Position numbers and translations under genes: made by a program. A stretch of 64,000 bases of DNA, taken from positions 22,479-86,478 of the forward strand of contig JBBQVH010000012.1 of the NCBI GenBank assembly GCA_038211695.1, read 5' to 3'. The notes below the pieces were generated by a model. It saw nothing but the letters and a program-made list of their open reading frames with translations. It was not told where the DNA came from and made no database searches. The DNA comes from Blastocatellia bacterium (GTDB taxonomy: Bacteria > Acidobacteriota > Blastocatellia > RBC074). Each line of letters opens with the position of its first letter. Positions within the stretch are counted from its first letter, which is position 1. This document shows, in pieces, positions 39,696 through 47,895 of the stretch.

Positions 39696-41426
39696 ATGCA
39701 GAGCACGATTGAAAAGAAAACGTATGACGCGATTGTTGTCGGTTCCGGCGCGGCGGGCGGCGTGGCCGCGCTGGTGCTGGTCAACAAAGGCTTGAATGTG
39801 TTGATGCTGGAGCTTGGGCCGAAGCTGAATCCGGCGACGGACTACCCAACTTCGCATAAATGGCCTTACGAAATGCCGTATCGCGGCCTGGGCAAGCCGG
39901 GTCAGTATGACGGATTGTGGAAAGTTGACGCCTACACCGAACATCTTTTCCTGAATCCGAAAATTGACCGGTACGCGACCGCGCCGGGCACTGACTTTCA
40001 TTGGACGCGCGTTCACGCGGTTGGCGGACGAACGTTGACCTGGGGGCGCGTGTCCTTGCGGTTTTCGCCATCCGACTTCAAGCCGAAATCGAAACAGGAC
40101 GGCGTGGGCGAAGACTGGCCGATTGAATACAAGGACGTAGCGCCGTACTACGACAAAGCCGAAACGCTGATGGGCGTGTTCGGCACGCGCGAAGGATTGC
40201 CGAATCTGCCCGATGGCATCTATCTGCCGCCACCCGCCATGCGCTGCGGCGAAACGATGCTGAAGCGGGGCTGCGACAAATTGGGCATTCCGGCGATTCC
40301 GAATCGCAAGGCTGTCTATACCCAAAATTACGACGGACATTCGGCCTGTCATTATTGCGGCGAATGCACGCGTGGCTGCGAAACCGGATCGCGGTTTTCA
40401 ACGCTCGAAGCGATCATTCCCAAACTGGCGGGCCGCGACAATTTCACGCTGCGCACGCACGCGGCGGCTCACCGCGTGATTGTTGATCCGAAGACGAACC
40501 GCGTGCGCGGCGTGTCTTTTATTGACACCGAAACCCGGCAGGAACACGAAGTCTATGGCAAAACAGTTGTGCTGGGCGCGGGCGCAATGGAATCCACGCG
40601 CATCCTGCTGAATTCCAAAACGCGTGAGCATTCAAATGGACTGGCAAATTCTTCCGGCGTCCTCGGCCATTACCTGATGGATAGCATCAAATCCGGCTTT
40701 ATCAGCGGCGCGCTGCCCGTGCTGAAAGGCGCGAAGGTCAGCAACGATGATGGCGCCGGAGGCGGACACCTGCTCATTCCGCGCTTCACCAATCTTCCGG
40801 GCGGGCGCAAATCAGCGGCGCTGCGCGGCTGGCAGACTCAGCCCAACAGCGGCGCGCGCATCTTTCCCGGTTATGCAAAGGGGCAGAACGGATTCGGCTC
40901 CGGCTTCAAAACGCAGGTGCGCGAACAGAATCCGGCGATGGTGACGATGGGCGGGTTTGGTGAATCGCTGCCGGACTTTACCAATTACTGCGAGATTGAT
41001 CCGAATGGCCCGGGTGTTGCCGGAATGCCAGGTGTTGCTGGAATGAAGGATCGCTATGGCATTCCACAACTACGCTTCCACGCCAAATGGGGCGACAACG
41101 ATTTGAAGATGGCGGCGCTGATGTATGACGCGGCGGAAGAAATGCTGCACGCGGCAGGCGCTGAGGTTCTGCCTTATCAACGTCGCACGCCCGCGCCAAT
41201 GGGCGATTCCACGCACGAAGTCGGCACGGCGCGGATGGGCAACGATCCGAAAACTTCCGTGCTGAACCAATGGTGTCAGGCCCACGAATTCAAAAACTTG
41301 TTTGTCACCGATGGCGCGTCGTTTGTGTCTGCAACGGAAAAGAACTGCACGTTGACGATTATGGCGCTGGCTTGGCGCGCCTGTGATTATCTGGCGGAAG
41401 AATTGCGGGCAGGGAATTTGACTTAA
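39696..41426 (+). CDS. GMC-family FAD-dependent oxidoreductase
   Basis: The N-terminus [33 protein letters not shown] is a Rossmann FAD-binding GxGxxG motif. The C-terminal GMC region is [37 protein letters not shown]. An in-frame GTG at 39681 overlaps the receptor stop (39676-39678), so the two genes are probably co-transcribed. Confidence 0.8.
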   Translation: MQSTIEKKTYDAIVVGSGAAGGVAALVLVNKGLNVLMLELGPKLNPATDYPTSHKWPYEMPYRGLGKPGQYDGLWKVDAYTEHLFLNPKIDRYATAPGTDFHWTRVHAVGGRTLTWGRVSLRFSPSDFKPKSKQDGVGEDWPIEYKDVAPYYDKAETLMGVFGTREGLPNLPDGIYLPPPAMRCGETMLKRGCDKLGIPAIPNRKAVYTQNYDGHSACHYCGECTRGCETGSRFSTLEAIIPKLAGRDNFTLRTHAAAHRVIVDPKTNRVRGVSFIDTETRQEHEVYGKTVVLGAGAMESTRILLNSKTREHSNGLANSSGVLGHYLMDSIKSGFISGALPVLKGAKVSNDDGAGGGHLLIPRFTNLPGGRKSAALRGWQTQPNSGARIFPGYAKGQNGFGSGFKTQVREQNPAMVTMGGFGESLPDFTNYCEIDPNGPGVAGMPGVAGMKDRYGIPQLRFHAKWGDNDLKMAALMYDAAEEMLHAAGAEVLPYQRRTPAPMGDSTHEVGTARMGNDPKTSVLNQWCQAHEFKNLFVTDGASFVSATEKNCTLTIMALAWRACDYLAEELRAGNLT

Positions 41427-41460
41427 TACTGACCGCCGCAAGTCCTTTGAGGTGCGCGAT

Positions 41461-41656
41461 GCCTCTTCGCCGCGCTAGCGGCGGTTGACTTTAGCCAGGC
41501 GTTTCAACGCCTGGAAGGTTGCAAATAAACTCCGCGTCGCGTTAGCGACGCCTGAATTCAAGCGTCGCTAACGCGACGCAATTATTTCTCTCTCGCGTCC
41601 CGTGGGCTTCACCCACGGCTAAAGTCAGCCGCCGCTAGCGTGGCGAAGAAGAGGCA
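41461..41656. repeat. ~196 bp nested-hairpin element with ~36 bp terminal inverted repeats (MITE/REP-like)
   Basis: The outer arms are 'gcctcttcgccgcgctagcggcggttgactttagcc' (41461-41496) and 'ggctaaagtcagccgccgctagcgtggcgaagaagaggc' (41618-41656). Inner hairpins are 'caggcgtttcaacgcctgg', 'gcgtcgcgttagcgacgc…gcgtcgctaacgcgacgc' and 'ccgtgggcttcacccacgg'. A related partial copy lies at 63895 onward. Confidence 0.5.
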
Positions 41657-41702
41657 AGTACCCTCAACGTATTTTCGGTGGCATGTACTTAGGAGATTCG
41701 CA

Positions 41703-42860
41703 ATGCATCGTTCTGGTGGAAAAGAAAGATCAATGCAGAAGATGGCACATTGGGCGCGACTGATGGCCCTTGGGCTTTTGCTCTTTGCCGGTGGCGTCTT
41801 CGCCCAAACTGCAAGGCCCAATGCTATTGCATGGAAAGATTGCCTGGACCAGAAGCCCGATTGGTACTCGAGCGCCGAAGCGGTGCGCATCGCGGACAAC
41901 CTGCTGAATTTTCAGCGCGAGATTGGCGGTTGGCAGAAAAACGTGGATATGGCCCGACGTTTAACCGAAGGCGAAAAGGCCGACGCGGTTGATTCGAAAG
42001 AACAGAACGATTCGACGATTGATAACGATGCGACCTACGCGCAGATGGTTTATCTGGCGCGAGTCTTCAATGCGACAGGGGCGACGCATCAGGAGCGCTA
42101 CAAAACAGCGTTTCTGAAAGGGTTGGATTACCTGCTGAAGATGCAATACGCCAACGGCGGCTGGCCGCAGTATTACCCGCGACTGACCGGCTATTACACG
42201 CACATCACGTTCAATGATGACGCGATGATTAACGTCATGACATTGCTGCGCGAGATCGCGCAAAAGCAATCTGTCTATAGCTTCGTAGACGAAGCTTGGC
42301 GAGCGAAGGCCGATCGCGCCGAGCAGAAGGGCATCGAATGCATCCTGAAGTGCCAGATCAAGGTCAACGGCAAACTGACTGCCTGGTGCGCGCAGCACGA
42401 TGAAGTGACGTTTGCGCCCGCGCCCGCCCGCGCTTACGAAAAGATTTCGATTAGCGGCGCTGAGAGCGTTGGCATCGTGCGGTTTCTGATGAGCATTGAG
42501 CATCCCAACGCGCAAGTGGCCGAAGCAATTCAGTCCGCCGTCGCGTGGTTCAATCAGGTCAAACTGACGGGCATCAAGCTGGCCAGAAAGCCGGATGCAT
42601 CAACGCCGAAAGGCTACGACACCATTGTTGTCGAAGACGCTAACGCCGCGCCGCTGTGGGCGCGCTTTTACGAGATTGGCACGAATCGCCCGATCTTCTG
42701 CGGTCGCGACAGCATCATCAAATTCTCACTGGCCGAAATCGAATACGAACGGCGCAACGGTTACAACTGGTACACCGGCGCCGCGGCCAAGTTGTTGGCG
42801 CAAGACTATCCGGCTTGGCAAAAGAGATTGGCGGCAGGAAAGAACGTGCGCGGCAAATGA
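41703..42860 (+). CDS. Putative pectate lyase, PL10-like (alpha/alpha-toroid) with signal peptide
   Basis: AGGAG lies 8 nt upstream of the ATG at 41703. Signal peptide MQKMAHWARLMALGLLLFAGGVFAQ. The helical repeat character with GGW motifs (NLLNFQREIGGWQKN, KMQYANGGWPQYYP) and the pectin-locus context suggest PL10. I could not confirm the family by motif. Confidence 0.45.
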   Translation: MHRSGGKERSMQKMAHWARLMALGLLLFAGGVFAQTARPNAIAWKDCLDQKPDWYSSAEAVRIADNLLNFQREIGGWQKNVDMARRLTEGEKADAVDSKEQNDSTIDNDATYAQMVYLARVFNATGATHQERYKTAFLKGLDYLLKMQYANGGWPQYYPRLTGYYTHITFNDDAMINVMTLLREIAQKQSVYSFVDEAWRAKADRAEQKGIECILKCQIKVNGKLTAWCAQHDEVTFAPAPARAYEKISISGAESVGIVRFLMSIEHPNAQVAEAIQSAVAWFNQVKLTGIKLARKPDASTPKGYDTIVVEDANAAPLWARFYEIGTNRPIFCGRDSIIKFSLAEIEYERRNGYNWYTGAAAKLLAQDYPAWQKRLAAGKNVRGK

Positions 42861-42935
42861 AACAAGGATCGGTCTTTTTTGAAGGCGTCCGCCTGTCGCG
42901 TGGTGACGCCCGGAAACGATGAAAAGCGCTGTGCG

Positions 42936-43004
42936 ATGTGGCGTGGGTTGTTTACCTGCGCCTGGACTATAACGACCTGCGCGGGTAAACAACCCGCGCC
43001 ACAT
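42936..43004. terminator. 26 bp stem hairpin in the 500 bp gap before the next receptor gene
   Basis: 'atgtggcgtgggttgtttacctgcgc' then a 17 nt loop then 'gcgcgggtaaacaacccgcgccacat', followed by 'tttcc'. Further small hairpins lie at about 43011-43025 and 43091-43118. Confidence 0.45.
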
Positions 43005-43357
43005 TTTCCCAGGAGCTTTCGGCTCCGAAGATGAAGGCTTGCAAGACGAATGCACGGGTATTCCGAAGAGACAAGCCAAGAAGGCTCAAGGCTGAACAGG
43101 CTTGAGCCTTACCCTCCATTGCTGGGATCGTAACGTTCAAAATCCAGGCGCGTGAGATGGGCAGAGAGCTGCGCAAAAGTACCTGCTTTCGCATGGTTTT
43201 CTGACTGACTCCCGCGTTATCAGGGCCGCAGATTTGCGGCTTAGCACTCAATTAACTGCCCGGGGCAATCGCCTCACGGCGGTCATTCATTCGCAAGATT
43301 GCGGGTTCGTGTTCCCCCAACGGTCACGGCCTTTCCCACTCTCAAGGAGGAGTACAA

Positions 43358-46300
43358 ATGAAGTCCATAGCAACAAGAGCAAGTTGTCTGCTTGCCTTTG
43401 CGTTACTGCTGGCGGCATCGCTGCTTCCGGCGGCCTACGCCCAAGAAGCACGCGGCACAATCACAGGCAAAGTTCTGGATGCCAACAGGGCCATCGTCCC
43501 CGGCGCGCAAGTGAAGATCATCAACGAAGCGCAGGGCACAACGGTCGCACTGCAAGCCAACGACGCGGGGCTTTTTCGCGCGCCGTATCTGATTTCCGGA
43601 GCCTACCGGATCGTGGTCGAAGCGAGCGGATTCAAGAAATACGTTCAAACCGGGCTGGTCGTGCGAATCGGCGAAACCATCGAGGCCGAAGTGCAGCTTG
43701 AAATTGGCGCGATGGATCAGTCCGTGACGATTACGGCAGACACGCCGACGCTGGATACGACATCAGGTTCGGCAGGGCAAGTCATTGATTCACGCCGTGT
43801 CGCGGAACTGCCGCTGGTTCACGGCGACCCGTACACGATGATCGGTTTGGCGCCGGGCGTCAGTTTCGCACGCGATCAACGGTTGGATCGCCCGTTTGAA
43901 CCGACACATATCGTCGGCTACAACATTGATGGTGCGCGCGCCAATCGCAGCGATCTGACGATTGACGGCGCGCCCTCGACGGCAACGGCGAACGGCAACG
44001 AAATCATTGCTTCCTACGTGCCGCCGACCGACATCATTCAGGAATTCAAAGTGCAGACCGCGACCTTCGATTCGCAGTTCGGCAATACCGAAGGCGGCGT
44101 CACCAGCATCAGCATCAAATCCGGCGGCAACACGCTGCACGGCACGGGTTATCTGTGGAAAGAACCAGGCACGCTGGCGGCCAATGACTTTTTTGGGAAC
44201 TCGCGGGGCCAGGCGCGCCCGGTCAGCTTTTCCAATCGTTTTGGCGGATCGCTGACCGGCCCGGTCTGGATTCCCAAGCTCTATCACGGGAAGGACAAAA
44301 CCTTCTTCACGTTTGGATATGAAGGCATCCGCGATTCCCGTCCTCGCTTCGACAGCGGAACACCGACTGTCCCAACCACTGCCTTTAAGAATGGTGATTT
44401 CTCGGCCTTGCTGGCGTTGGGCACGCAGTATCAAATTTACAACCCATTCACGCGGCGCGCTGATACTGCAACCGGTCGAGCCGGGCACTTCATCGAAGAC
44501 CCGTTTCCGAACAACATCATTCCGGCAAATCTGATCAACCCTGTCTCCAAAAACCTGCTCAAATACTTCGGTAATCCGAAGAGCGCCGGTACCGCTGAGT
44601 TCCTGGGCAACAATTCGGATTCGACGTTGGCGGAAAAGACCAAGCGATACGACAACTACACGGTTCGCATTGACCATGCCATTGGCGAAAAGCATCGACT
44701 GTTTGGCCGCGGCAGTTGGTACAAACGGGATAGCTTTTACAATGACTATTTCAACACCATTGCGACCGGCACCACCTTCCAATTTCTGTCGCGCCAGGGC
44801 GTGATTGACGATGTTTACACGATCAATCCGACGACGGTGTTGAACGTCAGATACGGTTACAACCGCTTCATCCGCGCGCAGGACATGCGGCCCGATGGCT
44901 GGGGATTTGATCTGGCATCCGTGGGTTTTCCAACTGCGTACGCCAATGCGATTGACCCATCAATCCGCCGGTTCCCGCGCATTGACTTCCCCGGAGGCAC
45001 CTATCAAGGCACGGGACAGACGAACGAGTTCCGTCCGGTAGACACGCATTCGTTTGCCATCACGCTGAACAAAACCTTGAGTTCACACGCGCTGAAAGGC
45101 GGCGTGGAATTTCGCTCCTACCGCGAAAACGACTTTTTCGCCAGCAACAATCAGACCGGCCAGTTCGTGTTCGACAACACCTACACGAAACAGAAAGACG
45201 ATTCGACCGCGACGCAAGTCGGCCTGTCTTTTGCGGCCTTCCTGCTGGGCATTCCAACGTCGGCCAGCGGTGTCACACGGGCGGCGGATTATGCCGAACA
45301 GTCAACGACAACGGGCATCTTTGTGCAGGATGACTGGAAGGTGAATGCGCGGTTGACGCTTAATCTCGGCTTGCGCTACGAAGTCGAAACGCCGCTGATC
45401 GAGCGTTACAACAAGAGCGTCAGCAGCTTCGACCCCTACTACATTCAGCCGATTCAGGCGGCGGCGCGGGCGAAATACACCAGCCCCATCACCGAAGTTC
45501 CGGTGCTGAATGTGCGTGGCGGATTGTTGTTCGCGGGCGTCAACGGAGAAGGCCGTGGGCTGTACAAAACGCCGAAGAATAACTATATGCCCCGCTTCGG
45601 TTTTGCCTACAAAGTGAATGACAAGACCGTCATTCGCGGTGGCTATGGAATCTTCTACGGATTCCTGGGCGAACGCCGTGGCGACGTCATTCAAACCGGC
45701 TACAGCATTACGACCAATGTTGTGCCGACGACCGACAACATCAACTTTACCGGGACGCTGTCCAATCCTTTCCCGAATGGAATTATCACTCCGGTGGGAG
45801 CTGCAAACGGTTACCAGACGAACATCGGGAACTCCATCTCTTACTTCAACCCGCGTCCGCTGACGCCCTACAATCAACGATGGGAGCTTGGATTCCAGCG
45901 TGAATTGCCGGGCGGGTTTGTGGTCGAAGCCAGTTACGTCGGCAATCGCGGAACGCACGTCGAAATCACTCGCGATATGAATGCCGTGCCCAATCAGTAT
46001 TTGAGCACGCTGCCGACTTTGGATGCGGCCCGCAGAACCTATCTGACCGGCACTGTCCCCAATCCTTTCGCCGGGCTGGGCATTCCCGGCGTTGGGGCTA
46101 CTTCGACCATCTCGCGCCTTAACCTGCTGAAGCCGTTCCCGGAATTCGGCACAATCAACACAACAACCAATGACGGCTATTCGTGGTATCACGCCGTGCA
46201 AGCCCGAATCGAGAAGAGATTTTCGAAAGGCTACACCGCGCAGTTGAGCTACACCCATTCAAGACTGATGCAGGCCACCGAGTATTTGAACCCGGCTGAC

Positions 46301-46900
46301 CCGCGTCCGACTGAGGTGGTTTCAGATCAGGATTATCCGAACCGGCTGGCATTCAGCGGCATCGCTGAACTGCCATTCGGCAATGGCCATATGTTCCTGA
46401 ACAAGTCGAATGGCGTGGTGTCCAGAATTGTCGGCGGCTGGCAATTGCAGGGCGTGTACGCCTATCAGACCGGCGCGCCGTTAAGCTGGGGCAATTACAT
46501 CTACAACGGCAACTTCAGGGACATTGCTCTCTCCTCGGACAAACAGTCGCTGACGAGTTGGTTCAACACGGCTGGATTTGAAAAGGTGAGTGCGAACCAG
46601 CTTGCCAACAACGTTCGCACGTTCCCGCTGCGCTTTTCTTACCTGCGCGTGCAGCCCACCAACAACGTGGACTTCTCGCTGATCAAGAATACGCAGATCA
46701 AGGAACGGATGAGATTCCAATTCCGCGCGGAGTTCACCAACGTCTTTAATCATCCGTGGCTATCCGCTGCCTCCGGCGCGTCCGGCACCAGCGGTGTGAT
46801 CACGGCTCCGACCAATGCCGCCTTTGGCCAGATCGCCAATCTGTCGAACCAGGGCAACTACGCCCGGCGCGTTCAGTTGGGCTTTAAACTGCTGTTCTAA
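43358..46900 (+). CDS. TonB-dependent receptor (CarboxypepD_reg + plug + barrel)
   Basis: 1180 aa. AAGGAGG lies upstream of the start. Signal peptide MKSIATRASCLLAFALLLAASLLPAAYAQ. ITGKVLDANRAIVPGAQVKIIN is the regulatory domain. NNIIPANLINP is present. The terminus is ...GFKLLF. Confidence 0.8.
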   Translation: MKSIATRASCLLAFALLLAASLLPAAYAQEARGTITGKVLDANRAIVPGAQVKIINEAQGTTVALQANDAGLFRAPYLISGAYRIVVEASGFKKYVQTGLVVRIGETIEAEVQLEIGAMDQSVTITADTPTLDTTSGSAGQVIDSRRVAELPLVHGDPYTMIGLAPGVSFARDQRLDRPFEPTHIVGYNIDGARANRSDLTIDGAPSTATANGNEIIASYVPPTDIIQEFKVQTATFDSQFGNTEGGVTSISIKSGGNTLHGTGYLWKEPGTLAANDFFGNSRGQARPVSFSNRFGGSLTGPVWIPKLYHGKDKTFFTFGYEGIRDSRPRFDSGTPTVPTTAFKNGDFSALLALGTQYQIYNPFTRRADTATGRAGHFIEDPFPNNIIPANLINPVSKNLLKYFGNPKSAGTAEFLGNNSDSTLAEKTKRYDNYTVRIDHAIGEKHRLFGRGSWYKRDSFYNDYFNTIATGTTFQFLSRQGVIDDVYTINPTTVLNVRYGYNRFIRAQDMRPDGWGFDLASVGFPTAYANAIDPSIRRFPRIDFPGGTYQGTGQTNEFRPVDTHSFAITLNKTLSSHALKGGVEFRSYRENDFFASNNQTGQFVFDNTYTKQKDDSTATQVGLSFAAFLLGIPTSASGVTRAADYAEQSTTTGIFVQDDWKVNARLTLNLGLRYEVETPLIERYNKSVSSFDPYYIQPIQAAARAKYTSPITEVPVLNVRGGLLFAGVNGEGRGLYKTPKNNYMPRFGFAYKVNDKTVIRGGYGIFYGFLGERRGDVIQTGYSITTNVVPTTDNINFTGTLSNPFPNGIITPVGAANGYQTNIGNSISYFNPRPLTPYNQRWELGFQRELPGGFVVEASYVGNRGTHVEITRDMNAVPNQYLSTLPTLDAARRTYLTGTVPNPFAGLGIPGVGATSTISRLNLLKPFPEFGTINTTTNDGYSWYHAVQARIEKRFSKGYTAQLSYTHSRLMQATEYLNPADPRPTEVVSDQDYPNRLAFSGIAELPFGNGHMFLNKSNGVVSRIVGGWQLQGVYAYQTGAPLSWGNYIYNGNFRDIALSSDKQSLTSWFNTAGFEKVSANQLANNVRTFPLRFSYLRVQPTNNVDFSLIKNTQIKERMRFQFRAEFTNVFNHPWLSAASGASGTSGVITAPTNAAFGQIANLSNQGNYARRVQLGFKLLF

Positions 46901-46925
46901 ATTTGGTTGACGATTAACCAAGTTC

Positions 46926-46990
46926 TCCCCCAACACCCGGCGAATCTTTGTTTCAGCAAACGCTGACAGAAATTCGCCGGGTCGTTTTTA
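46926..46990. terminator. Hairpin plus T-run after the receptor gene
   Basis: 'cccggcgaat' pairs with 'attcgccggg' (10 bp stem), followed by 'tcgttttta'. Confidence 0.5.
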
Positions 46991-47088
46991 TGAACAAGGG
47001 CATCTCACCCGTCGCTTGCTTCTGATAAAAGGCGCGAAGACAATCAATCCCGCCGTAACCAATTCCATCTCGCTGACGTTTCTAAATC

Positions 47089-47832
47089 ATGCAATCTTTT
47101 AGTGTTGAATCCGTGGTTCTGCTCTGTGTCGCGATTGCAATCGTGGCGTTTCTTTATTCGTCGGTCGGGCACGCGGGCGCATCCGGCTACATCGCCGTGA
47201 TGACACTGTTTGGATTGACGGCTGCGGTCATCAAACCGGCGTCACTGGTCTTGAACATTCTGGTCGCCAGTTTGACCGCCTGGCAGTTCTGGCGGGCAGG
47301 GCATTTTTCGTGGCGATTGTTCTGGCCTTTTGCGGTGCTATCGGTGCCGCTGGCATTTCTGGGCGGTTACATCAATCTGCCAACGCACGTATTCAAGATT
47401 CTGGTTGGCCTGGTGCTGCTGTATTCAGCAATTCGATTTTTGATTGAGACGAAAAGCGATAAAGAAGTGCAGGAGCCGTCCAAGGCTATCGCAATCTCGA
47501 CCGGCGCGGGACTGGGATTGCTGTCGGGATTGACGGGCACGGGCGGCGGCATCTTTCTGACGCCGATTTTGATCTTTATGCGTTGGGCAAAAACCAAGAC
47601 GGCATCAGCGGTTTCGGCTCTCTTCATTTTAGTCAATTCCATCGCCGGATTGCTGGGCAATATCAGCGGCACAAAACAGCTTCCCTTGTTTGCCTTGCCG
47701 CTGGCAGCGGCGGCGATTTCGGGCGGGGCGGTGGGATCGTATCTGGGAAGCCGTCAGTTTTCTCCCGACTTCATCAAAAAATTATTGGCGATTGTTTTGG
47801 GTATTGCGGGGTTCAAGTTGATCTTTACCTGA
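47089..47832 (+). CDS. TauE/SafE (TSUP/DUF81) family anion-exporter membrane protein
   Basis: 247 aa, polytopic. The N-terminus VVLLCVAIAIVAFLYSSVGHAGASGYIAVMTLFGL and a second repeat (GLLSGLTGTGGGIFLTPILIF) show the characteristic two-fold TSUP repeat. Confidence 0.8.
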   Translation: MQSFSVESVVLLCVAIAIVAFLYSSVGHAGASGYIAVMTLFGLTAAVIKPASLVLNILVASLTAWQFWRAGHFSWRLFWPFAVLSVPLAFLGGYINLPTHVFKILVGLVLLYSAIRFLIETKSDKEVQEPSKAIAISTGAGLGLLSGLTGTGGGIFLTPILIFMRWAKTKTASAVSALFILVNSIAGLLGNISGTKQLPLFALPLAAAAISGGAVGSYLGSRQFSPDFIKKLLAIVLGIAGFKLIFT

Positions 47833-47895
47833 AACCCCAAGACAATTGGGTTGGTAAAACCATCTGAGCATCATGAAATCAGGACTGAGATAGGA

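Noticed and set aside
41461-41656. Possibility that the nested-hairpin element is a tRNA, riboswitch or CRISPR repeat
   Set aside because: There is no cloverleaf with an anticodon arm or a T-loop GTTC. There are no regularly spaced direct repeats. The structure is purely palindromic with long terminal inverted repeats.
13373-46900. Bacteroidota-style SusC/SusD PUL interpretation
   Set aside because: No SusD-like (TPR lipoprotein) genes follow any receptor. The receptors have the carboxypeptidase-regulatory N-domain typical of Acidobacteriota.
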